Assembly (NCBI RefSeq): GCF_018977255.1
Contig: NW_024704742.1
Coordinates: 5,892,001 to 5,956,000, forward strand
Direction of reading: 5' to 3'
DNA length: 64,000 nucleotides
DNA from: Callorhinchus milii
Lineage: Eukaryota
Made by a program: the position numbers and the translations under genes. Under the pieces are notes generated by a model. It had not been told where the DNA came from. It made no database searches and was given only the letters and a program-made list of their open reading frames with translations. Below, piece by piece: positions 12,201-24,200 of this stretch; position 1 is the first letter of the stretch; every line of letters begins with the position of its first letter.

Positions 12201-15200
12201 GCACTTTATAAATATCTTGGTATTAAATCTTAAATTAGGTATTAATATATGATAGAGCTCTATAAAATATGAGTTCTTGCTTTTGTAAGGAAGAAAAACA
12301 ACTTGCATTTATACAGCGTCCTTCATGTAGGATAACATCTCTGAGTGCTGCCTCAGAATTTGTCTCACACTCTCCTTCACAGAAAGATTACTCAACTCCA
12401 TTCAGGGAAATCTAATTACCGTCTTCCCAGGAAAGATAATTATAAACTGCTCCTCAAGAAGTAGCAAGTTCTTGGTAACACATAGCCTGCATAAGCACTC
12501 TCTTGATCAACACAACAGTGCCAGACTACAGCCAGGAATTGACTCATCAAACCAGTGGGAAAGGGTGAAACTAGCTCTAATTAATAATAATAATAATCCT
12601 AACACTTGATGCAGTGCCTCATCATGTCTTTGAGATGTCTCAAAGCACTTCACAGAATATGCTGTTAAGTGAATTGACTGTATATTTTGTGTTCGTTACA
12701 CTGAATAGTAACTAGTTGCTTAGCACTTTGAATAGTACTCAGTGTAACCAACAAACATCCAAATATAAGAGTTTGTGCTCGTGAACTCGGAGGCTTGCCA
12801 ATGGATCCCAGAAGCTGTCACCTTAAGCTTTCTTCATTTTTCAACAAACATCCATTCAACAATTATTGATCCACTCAGATCTGGCAAGGATGGTGCGATG
12901 GGCAAACAGAGCGGGAGAGAATACAGCTTGTGGAATTCTGGATGAGTTGAAGCTTGTGGAGGGTTCTTGTTCTGAGCGTTCCCTGCGCTCAGCCGGCTCT
13001 GGCCTGCTCCACGTCCCCCGACCCACCCGCCCCACCATTGGCGGGAGAGCCTTCAGCCACTCTACCCCCAACCTTTGGAATTCCATCCCCCAATCACTCT
13101 GCCTCACCCCCTCCTTAACCTCCTTCAAGTCCCGCCTCAAGACCCTCCTCTTCGACCATGCCATCGGCCACCCCCCTTCCCCTCCCCTCCCTTCTCCCCC
13201 CTGACCCCAGCTCGGGTCTGAAATGCTGTATACTGTCCAGCGCCTTGGGACGTCCTCCCGACGTGAAAGGCGCTATACAAATGTAATCTTGTTGTTGTAA
13301 ACTATAATTTAAAGCCAACAAACCATAAAAGATACAGCAAAGCAAGACACAAATTGCAAAAAGAATTATAAGTTACCTTTATATGCCAAGTTATCAGCAC
13401 ACAGATGACCATGGCAACCGTGGTTCTTTCTTTGCCATCATGACAGTTTAGGACAATAGCTGAATTGCTATCTGTGGTTAAAGTTGAACTCACTAGCTTC
13501 AGAAAGGAGTCAAAGTCCTATGAATACAAAACACCATAATAATAATATATACTGCAGAATTCACCGCATATAAATCAGCAAGATTCCCCAGCAGTTCTCA
13601 GGCTCGCTAGAAAGTACCATATTGTGGATAGAAACCACAATTGTACTTTAAAATACTGAGAGTATAGGGGCCTCATACAGCGTCCTATTGACCATTCTGA
13701 GAAGAGTAGCTGCAAGACTAGTTGACAGTTCCTGGCATTCATCTGTGAGTTGACCTCAACCACCTTTCCTGGCAATCTTGTTCCAGTTGTTGATTACCCT
13801 TTGTGTAAAGAATAAAAACTTCCTGGTGTCTGTCCTGAAATTGCCCTTTACAACTCTAAACTGATGTCCTCTTGTTCTACTGTCTTGAAACATCCTAAAG
13901 TATTGATCTGGGTTTACTTTTTCGATCCCATTTAAAATGTTATACACCTCTATGAGATCCCCTTCTGAGGAGTTTCCTCTCAAGACTGAAGAACGCTAAC
14001 TATTCCTCTTGTTGCTCAATAATATGGTTTCTACCTATGCTACCATTCTAGGTATAGGATTCCTCGAAACCCAACAGCAACAACTTGCATTTATATGTAG
14101 GGTAGTGCCCCAGAGGGCTTGACAGAGGCTGACTGTCTGTGAAAAAATCCTCCCAATTTCTAACTTGGCTCATTTGGGAATGACTTTAAATTTATACAGT
14201 CTAGTTTCTGATTCATTGACCAATGGAAATCATTTTCCCTTTACAAATTCTAAACCCCTCATAAATTAAGAACCTCTGTCAGGTCTCCCCTCTCAATCCT
14301 CTCTGCTCTTGGGACACTGCTGTGCCTAATTGACTGCCGCATTTTGCCCACAAAATATACGGTCAAATCACTTCACAGTATATACCGTGAAGTGCTGTGG
14401 GATGCCTTGAAGATGTGATAAGGCGCTACACCAAATGTGAGGATTATTATTATTATATTATAAATAAAAGGAATTAAGCTTGTTTGCCGTTACCTCTAAA
14501 ACAAAAAAAACTATTCAGTTAGCATTCACAAATGATCTTCAAGTACTCCGGAGAAGGGATAAAGGCAGTTGGGATTGGCACAGGGTGAGGAACTAGAACC
14601 ACACTAAAAAAAAAATCAGCTCATCTAAATATCATGTGCAGGCAAGAGTCAAACTTACCTCTTCCGTGGGAGCTGCACAGTCTGTAACGGGAATGCGCTG
14701 GTAATAAAGCTGGGAATATCGCAGAGCCATTTGATTATAGACATCATTGAGTGTTAGGCATGAGCTGAATACCTTCATCTCTTTTTTGTCCTCTTGCCAC
14801 ACCTCAATTGTGGTCTTACAGGTCAGGATATCCATTTTTGCAGCATTCTCAATTTTCTGTATCACACACAAAAAATCCCAATGTATTTCTAGGCAAATGT
14901 GGGTGCAATTTCCATGCAACGATATCCCACAAACAACCATGAAGTGAGTAACCAGTTTGTCTGGAATAATGTTGGCCAGGACAATGGGACAAACTCCCTT
15001 TTTTATTAAAAAATATTCATTAACATCCTCCTGAACAGATAAACATTGGTTTAAAATCTCATACAAAAAAAAAACATGTCATACCAGGCTGTGACTTTTC
15101 ATAATTCCATGTATTCTCTTTTCCATGTTCCAGATGTTATTCTCAATACCTCTGCAAGGCCTCAAACCTATCGTTGTTGGATGTCAAATGACTTGCTAGT

Positions 15201-18200
15201 GACTATCCTCCTGGAAGGCCAGGGCAGGAAAATGGAGCTTTGGAGCTGAACTGGCTTCATGATGATGTGTTTGGCAATGGAATGTCAGAGTCAAGTTGTA
15301 CCTCTGTGGTGGTCTCGGTGACACCGTTCCTGAGCCAAACAGGTCTGCAGTATTCCAGGGCACTGTTGATGACAGATCAATACTTGGAGGGGCAGACCAG
15401 TCCCATTCACCTGTTAACCCTGCGAGCTAAAGCCCTAAAGGATAGAGCTACAACCTGTCCTACACGTTCCTCATGGAAAGAGAAGCCAGCCTGCTCCTTC
15501 TTGATCAAATGTGATCAAAAGCAAGCCTCCAATGCGTGTGATACATGTACAGTGTCTACCAGAAACACCACTTTAAGAGCCACTGAAATCAGCGAGATCC
15601 ATCTGTAGTTATCGGTCTCTCTAGGGTCACTATTCTTGTGCATAGACACCACAATTGCATCCTGGAACACTGATGGGATCCGTGCCTCAGAGAGAGTCCT
15701 GTTGACCAGCACAAGGAGGGTGGCTCTAAGGCGAGTTGGGGGTTCCTGGCTTGGACCTGTAACATCCTCACCATTCTCCATCTCCTTCCTCAGAGCAGTT
15801 TTTAGGAACTAATCATTGATACCGTCCGCACCAGCTGCCTTGCCATTGGTGCCGGAGTCTGGAATCCACCTCCTACCATCGGACCTGGAAAGGAGGAAAG
15901 CACTTACCTGAGGGATAGTTTGTGCTGGCGTTGATCAAAGAATTTTGTGCCTGGAAATAAAATTGCATTACCTCCAGCTGTTCCACAGTTGCCGCAGGAA
16001 TGATCGTCTCCTGCTGGAGGTTGGCAACATCCCTGAGTGAGTACATTTGTTCATCTGCTGCCAGCACAGCTTCCTCTCGCAGGTTCACACACAACACACT
16101 GGTAAACTTTCTCTTATCATCCGTCAGGTAGGACAGTAACTGCGCCAGTCCCTGTAATCAGACCATCCTGGAGTTTTCCAAATCATACTTTATCCTGATA
16201 GTTGATTATATAATAATAATAATCCTTGAATTTGATACAGCGCTTTATCGCGTATTCGAGACTTCTCAAAGTGCTTCACAGAACATACTGTGAAGTGAAT
16301 TGACTGTATATTTTGTGGGGCGAAACGCAGCAGTCAATTGCGCACAGCAGCGTCCCACAAACAGTTGTGGACTGAAGTGACCAATTTTTTTTTGAAGGAA
16401 TTATTGCCCCCGGAAAAGGGATCCGCCAATCGACTAACAACTGGGTTCCTACTTCCTGCTAGATTAACGGAGGCATGTGGAGTAAGGAAACTTGCCCAAT
16501 GCTTTGCCCTGCCAGGGAATCGATCCCTTGGTCTCAGTTGCGAGCAGTGCTCTAACCACTGAGCTACAGGACTCCACTGTTTATGTTGTTACAGCTCCTT
16601 CGATTAATCTGCACACATTCCAGATACACAAACATCTAGAATATGTACCTGTGCAGCACACTGCACATGGCAAGACAACCAGCATCAATGCGTTCAAGTT
16701 GTCTCCATCTTAAAGCAAACCAAGTGAGACCCATAGTACTTTGAGTGCTGGGATCAACAACAACTTCCATTTATATAGTGCCCCTCATGCAGGGTAGCGT
16801 CCCAGAGTGTCATAATCTGACTGCTGACCTCTGTGCTGGGCTGGGCTATTCCACACACTGGCATTTTGGAAACTTTTCTGAAGTTTGACACTTTCATCTG
16901 TCTCTGGGAGCTCATTTCATCAAGATCCAGGTAATCATCAGCAACCTGTAGGTTGCAAGCAAAGGTATAATTTATAACAATAATAATCCTTGCATTTGAC
17001 ATAGCGCTTTTCACGTCTTCGAGAGTCTCAAAGCGCTTCACAGAATATACTGTAAAGTGAATATATTTGTGGGCGAAATGCAGCAGCCAATTGCACACAG
17101 CAGCGTCCCACAAACAGTCGTGGATTGAAGTGACCAAATTATTATTGTTTTTTTTTCTTGAGGGATTATTATCAGGCGTGTGGAGTAAGGAAACTTGCCC
17201 AAGGTTTCACCCTGCCGGGAATTGAATCCGGGTATCTCGCTTGCGAGGCGAGTGCTCTAACCACTGAGCTACAGAACTCATAAACTGTAGTAGCACAGAA
17301 ACAGCCCATTCAGTTCATCATGAAAATCCTGGTGTTTTTCTCCAAATTAGCCACCTGGTCTAATACCACTTTTCCACTCATTTCTCTTTTTCTTTTCAAG
17401 CACTTAATTCCTTTTCAAAAGAATAGGAATAGGAACATTGGAACAAGAGTAGGCCATTCAGCCCCTCGAGCCTGTTCCCGTCATTCTCTAAGATCATGTC
17501 TGATCTGTACCTCAACCCACCCTTTCCCCATATCCCTTGACATCTGTGAATTCAACTGTGGTTCACAGCAGAAAATTCCGAGTCCAACCACTCGGTTTGT
17601 TAAAAATATTTTCTTCCCTCTCCCTTAAGTCTTCCAGTAATTACTTAAATTTGTTTCCTTGTTACTGGCTCACTGACCAGTGGAAATACCCTCTCGTTAC
17701 TGGCAAAGAGAAATCTACTGGCAATCTAAACTGCTGCTATCAAATGGAGTTCCACTACAAGACTGCAGATTTCAATGAAAAGATGGAATAGCGGTCTTTT
17801 TTACAGACTATCTCGATGTTATTATGTCTTCATTCTTATTATTATGTTCAGAGAATTAAGCATTCTCAATTTTTAAAAAAAGTACAGCAAGAGGCAGGTA
17901 TCCCCACGAGTTGTGAATACATATGTGCAGACAAGCACCAGATTAACAGCTATGCAGAGAAACAGAACGTAAACACAAAGTGAAGGACACCCTGCACTGT
18001 ATTTAAACAGAACCCATGTAGGTCCACGTAAGTGGGCAGTTTGTAGGTATACAGACCATTTGTGTTGAAAATATCTCAGGCTTACTTACTGAATTAGGTG
18101 GACATAAAAACCTACCAGAACACAGAGTTGTTTGCTGATAAGTTTAATGGGTAGTTTCATCTCACTGATGGGAATTTCACACACTTGTCTGTAGAAGAAG

Positions 18201-21200
18201 GGGTTTCGCCTCATCCAAGTGCTGAACATAACTGTGAAAGCCAGTGGATACTGAAAATAGATTTAAATAAAGTTTCATTAACAATGTGCATTCTTAAGAG
18301 TACACTGCCCTTTTGTACAAGAAACGCAACTGTCACATTAAGCTGCCTATGAAAAGTAAGACAAGTGAGAAAGTAAGGAATAAGCAAGATACTGATAAAA
18401 CAGGATAGTTTGCCAACCCTTTGACTACTGGCAAACAGACTCCAGTCTGGTAGACTGAAGACTAGTCTATGAGCATGAACAGCACTGTATAAATGTACGT
18501 TTTTGTTATGGTTGAAAGGTTTGACCTCTTCAAAACAGGCTTTAGAAACAGAGCAGTATCCAAGTTGCCACAGGGTTGTGTTTGCCCAATTTGACCAAAT
18601 TATTTGAGGAAATGACCAGATGTGTGAACTTGGTCAGCCAGGTTTCTGATTCACACAGAAACTCATCACTGTGCTTAACAATCTTCAATATAAACTGAAG
18701 TATGCTTTGCTACGTAGAGACTCACTGTCTGATATGGAGTCTATAAATCTCTTTAACAACTGATGATATGGATGTTCAACATTGTACTAATGTAAAGCCC
18801 ATTGCAATGGCTCAACACACATTGAGATACATTAAAAAAAAACACCTACTGACCTGTTCATAAAGGTAGCTATTGAATGCAATAAGGTAAAAATAACGCT
18901 CCAGGATCCGAAAGGCATTTTTGATCCATTGTTTTCGAGGATGCAGTCCCTAAAATAATGTAAAATAAATTATACAATAACTGCTAAATGATTATTTAGT
19001 CAAAATGTGCATTCTTTCAAACGTGAAACCCCTGAATAATCAAGCAGGATTCAATAGAAATCCATAGTTTCATTTTTTTCCCTTAGAATCAGATATTCGT
19101 TGACAATACTGTACAAAAAGAACAATTCACAAACTTAATTATCAGTTTAAAGTGTGATTCTTCAGAATGGGAGTGTCTGAGACCCTATTAGTGATTCTGC
19201 CAGTAACCAGAAGTGAAGTCAGATATTGATAGTTTAAGATAATACTTTAATACTTAATAATTATTATTATTATATAATACAGCGCTGAGAAAATAATTAC
19301 AATCCTTGATTTGATCCAGCGCCTTATCACGCCGTTGAGATGAGTCAAACGTTTCACAGAATATATTGTAAAGTGAATTGACTGTGTATTTTGTGGGCGA
19401 AACGCGGCAGCCAATTGCACACAGCGGTGTCCTGCAAACGGTCGTGGATTGAGTGAACAATTTCTTTTTTGCTGCATTGTCAAAGGCACCGTCCTTCAGC
19501 TGAAACCTTAAAACCAAGCTACGGAGGGAGAGCATAAGAGGGGATGGTAAAAGAGCAAGAATTGGGATTAGGATGGATGGTTTCATAGAGGAGCAAACAC
19601 CGGCATGGAAAAAAATTGCTGAATAGCCTCTGACTGTATTAAATAATGAAGAAATAGATTGTGTCTGAGATTTCCTACAGGTCAGCATCACACACTTTCA
19701 ACACTTGTGTCTCCGGTTGTGTCACTCTGATTCTTTACTGAGGAAATATTTCAAATTAGATCCCAAAATCGATGAGACGATGGCTGTTGCTTCAGTGGAA
19801 ACTATGTAATTTGTATGACAATCTGCAGCCTGTAAGCAGTGACAATTTTTACTTAAGTTGTCCAGTTATATTGTACAGTAATTAATGTCTAGATGACATA
19901 ATTCAAGCCTTCTGCAGCTTTAAATATTCAATTCATTCAAAAATGGTTTCTAAATTCACCCTCAAATCATGTTTGCGCCCACAATGAAAATGTCATCTGA
20001 AGTGTTGCTGAAGCAGGATTTTGTACCTGGTTTCTCTGCATCTCTCCGAGGCCTTCAAGTTTATTTTTGTAAAAGGAAATAGATTCCTTTAAGTCATGCA
20101 TTTGCGAACACATGCTGATGATGCTATTAACCTGAAATTGTAAAGCAAAACATCTTAAATGTTATGCACCAAAAATATTATTAGTATTGTAATTTTTAAC
20201 TGAGCAATTTATTTCAGAGTAAGTATATATCAGAGGCGCTGAGCCACAAACTGCACCCACTTGACATAGAATCATACAATTTTACAGCACAGAAGGAGGC
20301 CATTCAGCCCATCGTGCCTGTGCCAGCCCTTTGAAAGAGCTGCCAACTCGTCCCACTCACCGGCTCTTAGCACATAGCCCTGCAAATGTTTCCTTTTTAA
20401 GTACCGATCTAATTCCCTTTTGAAAACTATGATCGAATCTGCTTCCCCCAGCCTTTCCGGCAGTGTATTCCAGATCGTAAAGACTCTCTGGGTAAAAAAA
20501 ATAACAAATTTGTCTCCCCTCTAGTTCTTTTACCAATTATCTTAAATCTGTGCCCTCTGGTTACAGACACACTCGCCAAAGGAAACAGTTTCTCCCTATC
20601 TGCTCTATCAAAATCCCTCATAATTTTGAACACATCTATTAAATCTCCCCTCAACCTTCTCTGCTCTAAGGAGAACAACCACAGCCTCTCAAGTCTCTCC
20701 ACATAATTGTAGTCCCTCAACCCTGGTATCATTCTTGTAAATCTCCTCTGTACCTTCTCCAAGGCCCTGACATTCAGTGTGGTGTCCAGAATTGGACACG
20801 GTATTTCAGCTGAGGCCTAACCAGCGATTTGAAAGGTTCAACATAACCTCCTTGATCTTATACTTTTATAAATCTGTTGAAATGATTGCATGTATGGTCC
20901 TTTCAAACAGCAAACTTGCCCAAATAGTCAGAAATGGTTCGAACCTAGTTCCTAGAGGTGTTAACCTTAGAGGAAAGTATACTGGAAAAGGTCCTATCAT
21001 AAAGCATCAAAGACCCACAAAGTTGATGGAAATAGGCAATTTCCTAATACCATACGCATCGTAGGATCTCAATTCTCTCATCCAGTTTCACCACTACATC
21101 ACTTTATGAATCTGCAATTAAAACCTTTCTCTTGGACAATGCTTTACACTGTTGGTGATAGTGATACTGCAAAGCTTGGAAAGTTCACTGCCACTTTAGA

Positions 21201-24200
21201 ATAAATTGATAATAAAATGAAAACAGATTTTTCACAGGAACATTTACCTTCCCATAAAAAGGACCAACATAAGATTAATGTTTGGCATTATTTCAAAGGA
21301 AACCACAAAAAATATCATACCTGCGTAACGATTCTGCTGCCATTTGGAAAAGCATTGATGTAGTTTTGAACAATCTGAAAAGGACCTTTATTCTTCTCAC
21401 ACCTAATTTCATGAGAATTGATGAAGCAGATTATAAGTCAAGTACGAAGTTTCATAACAGATTCTATGTGAATGTGCCTCCTTCAAGGTGCATCTCAAGT
21501 CCTTCCACTTTGACTGTCCCTTCGGTCACTTTCCCACCCCCATCCCCCTGGCTCCCCACCCCTCTTAAATTCAACTCCCCTCTTGAAGCCACCTCTCGAC
21601 TGTCCCTCACCTTCTGGATGTCCTCCCGTGAAAGGCACTATTTAAATGCAATTTGTTGTTGTTGTTGTGATAGTTATGAATCCATTATGAAATGTCATCT
21701 CGTTAAGATGTATGTTTCTATTAATGTTTCCATTCAGAGTAAATTCATTTTGAATACCTTACTTTTCTGAGTGAGGAAATGCTGTTCTATGAGCCATTAT
21801 CAGTGCACCAAGTGTCATTCCTAAATTGGTGCGTCCAACTCCACTTTGACAGTTAAACACCAAGGCCGGAGGTGGTTTAACACTGTCCCTGAAGGTGAGA
21901 CTGGGGCTCTCCTAGAACATCAAGATGAACATATCAAAGAGAACAAGACAAACAACAAAGAATTACAATCCATCTGAATTTTCAGAAATAAGGTTAGCGC
22001 TCGTAAAGGAGATGCACGGACACTTCATAATCATAGAATCATAGAATATTACTGCACAGAAGGAGGCCATTCGGCCCAGTGTGCCTGTACCAGCTTTATG
22101 AAGGAGCTACCAACTAGTCCCACTCTCTCGCTCTTACCCCACAGCCAGCCCTGCAAATATCCGTTTTAAGAACCTATCTGATTCCCTTTTGAAAGTTATC
22201 ATCTTTTTCAAGCACTTTCAAAAGAATAGGAACATAGGAACAGGAGTAGGCCATTCAGCCCCTCGAGCCTGTTCCACTATTCTATAAGATCATGGCTGAT
22301 TTGGACCTCAATTCCGCCCTTGCCCCATATCTCTTGATCCCTGTGAACTCAACTAATGTTCACAGCAGAAAATTCAGATTCCAACCACTCTGTGTGTTAA
22401 AAATATTTTCTTTCAGTAATTACCTAAACTTGCAGGGTTTCTTTTTAAACCATTTGTCTGCCATCTCAGTTAAGGGGGCCTGAGAGAAAACTACATCTTC
22501 TCAACATACAGTCAATAATATCTGAACTACTTTTACTGGACATCAAATTAATACAAATCAGTATATTTGAAGTTGCTGATATTATTCAACACTTACCCTA
22601 ACCGTGCTAATGAAGGTGTCAAAATCTGCTTCTTCTGGAGAGCCATCAATTGGTAGGGCTAATCGCTTGTATCTAAGAAACCAAACACATCGTACAGCAG
22701 TCCTTTCTAACCATTACGGATACTTTCCCATTCTAGTTTGTTCATGTGAAGGTGCACAAGTTTCCGTCAGTGCAAGAATTAGTTTTCGCATAGAAATCTT
22801 AAAATGTTTGTACAGAAGGGGGCAGTTGTTCCTTCTCTTTAAAAGTTCAGCCATTCAGCTTATCAAGTCTGCTTAAGTCTATTGCAGCTCTTTCATTCCA
22901 TTTCCCTGCATTTTCTACATATAATAATAATAATCCTTGCATTTGATCTAGCGTCTTGTCACGTCGTTGAGACACTTCGAAGCTCTTCACAGAATATACT
23001 GTTAAGTGAATTGACTGTATATTTTGTGGGCAAATGCGGCAGCCAATTCCGCACAGCAGAGTCCCACAAACAGTCGTGGATTGAGTGGCCAAATATTATT
23101 ATTGTAATTATTTTTTAAAGGGATTATTACTGATCCGCCAGTCAACTGACAACTAGGTGTCTATTTCCTGCTAGGTAAATGTCGTGTGGAGTAAGGAAAC
23201 TTGCCTAAGGTTTCCTCAGGAATCAAACCCGAGTCCTCTCACTTGCGACAGGACTCCACTGATGGGGTGTGAAAGGTTCGAGTTCTTTTATCTGCTCAGG
23301 TTGAGCTTTGCACTATAAAGCTTCCTTGTGTACCTGTCACCTTGACTAGCATTGGAGGGGAGTGAGTGAGCTGAAGAATCAGATTGCTTAATGTTGGTTA
23401 TTGCTAACGTCCTCCCGACGTGAAAGGCGCTTTATAAATGCAATCTTGTTGTTGTTGTTGTTGCTATGTGTCTCCTTGCCAGCCTTTTGTGTTGAATAGC
23501 GCTATTAAGAGTGAGCGAGGTTCTCAGAGTTAGCGTTAGTTATTGCTGTGTGGAGTAGTGTTGCATCAAAATGGGAGAATTGGGGGAGGGGGGAGCTAAA
23601 TGGTGTCTTCTGTACCGTAAATTTCTACGGTTCTATCACTGATCTAAAGGAGAGAGCGCTACAGATTGAACTAGATTGATGATGGCTCCCAGTGTCACTT
23701 GTTTTAATATTTTAGTCTGTTACAGAATGACCATCGAGCACAGATGCTCACAGCGAAGTGACAGGTTAATCGCAGGAGATATTCATATCTCCAGCAACCG
23801 CAATGGAAATACTAAAACAGCAATGCACATTGCTTCCAAATACCAGGTATCAATCTGAAATGTAAAGTACCTGAAGGATGTCTGTGTAAAGGCGTGGGGT
23901 CTATAGACTTCCTCCGACACATGCACATCTTCTTCATGCTGAATCTTGTACACGTGTGGCTCATCAACAAATTGTTCAATATCTTGATAGACAAAGCAGG
24001 TTTTGTTTTGCAGAATGGCAAAATCCATTAACTAAATATAACACAACATAGTAAGGTTGATTTTTTTGTTTTGGACCACCTTCGCGACACCCAGGCCAGT
24101 ATCTCAGTCAAATGTCACCCAAACCCTCATTCGCACCCGTGTTACTTTTTGACTGGACCTTCTCAACGGACTTCTCGCTGTTTTCCCTTGTTCCACCATT

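Noticed and set aside
17385..22430. Similar ~230-bp blocks at ~17385-17650 and ~22200-22430
   Set aside because: Largely CR1-type 3'-tail sequence found elsewhere in the window; no evidence of function
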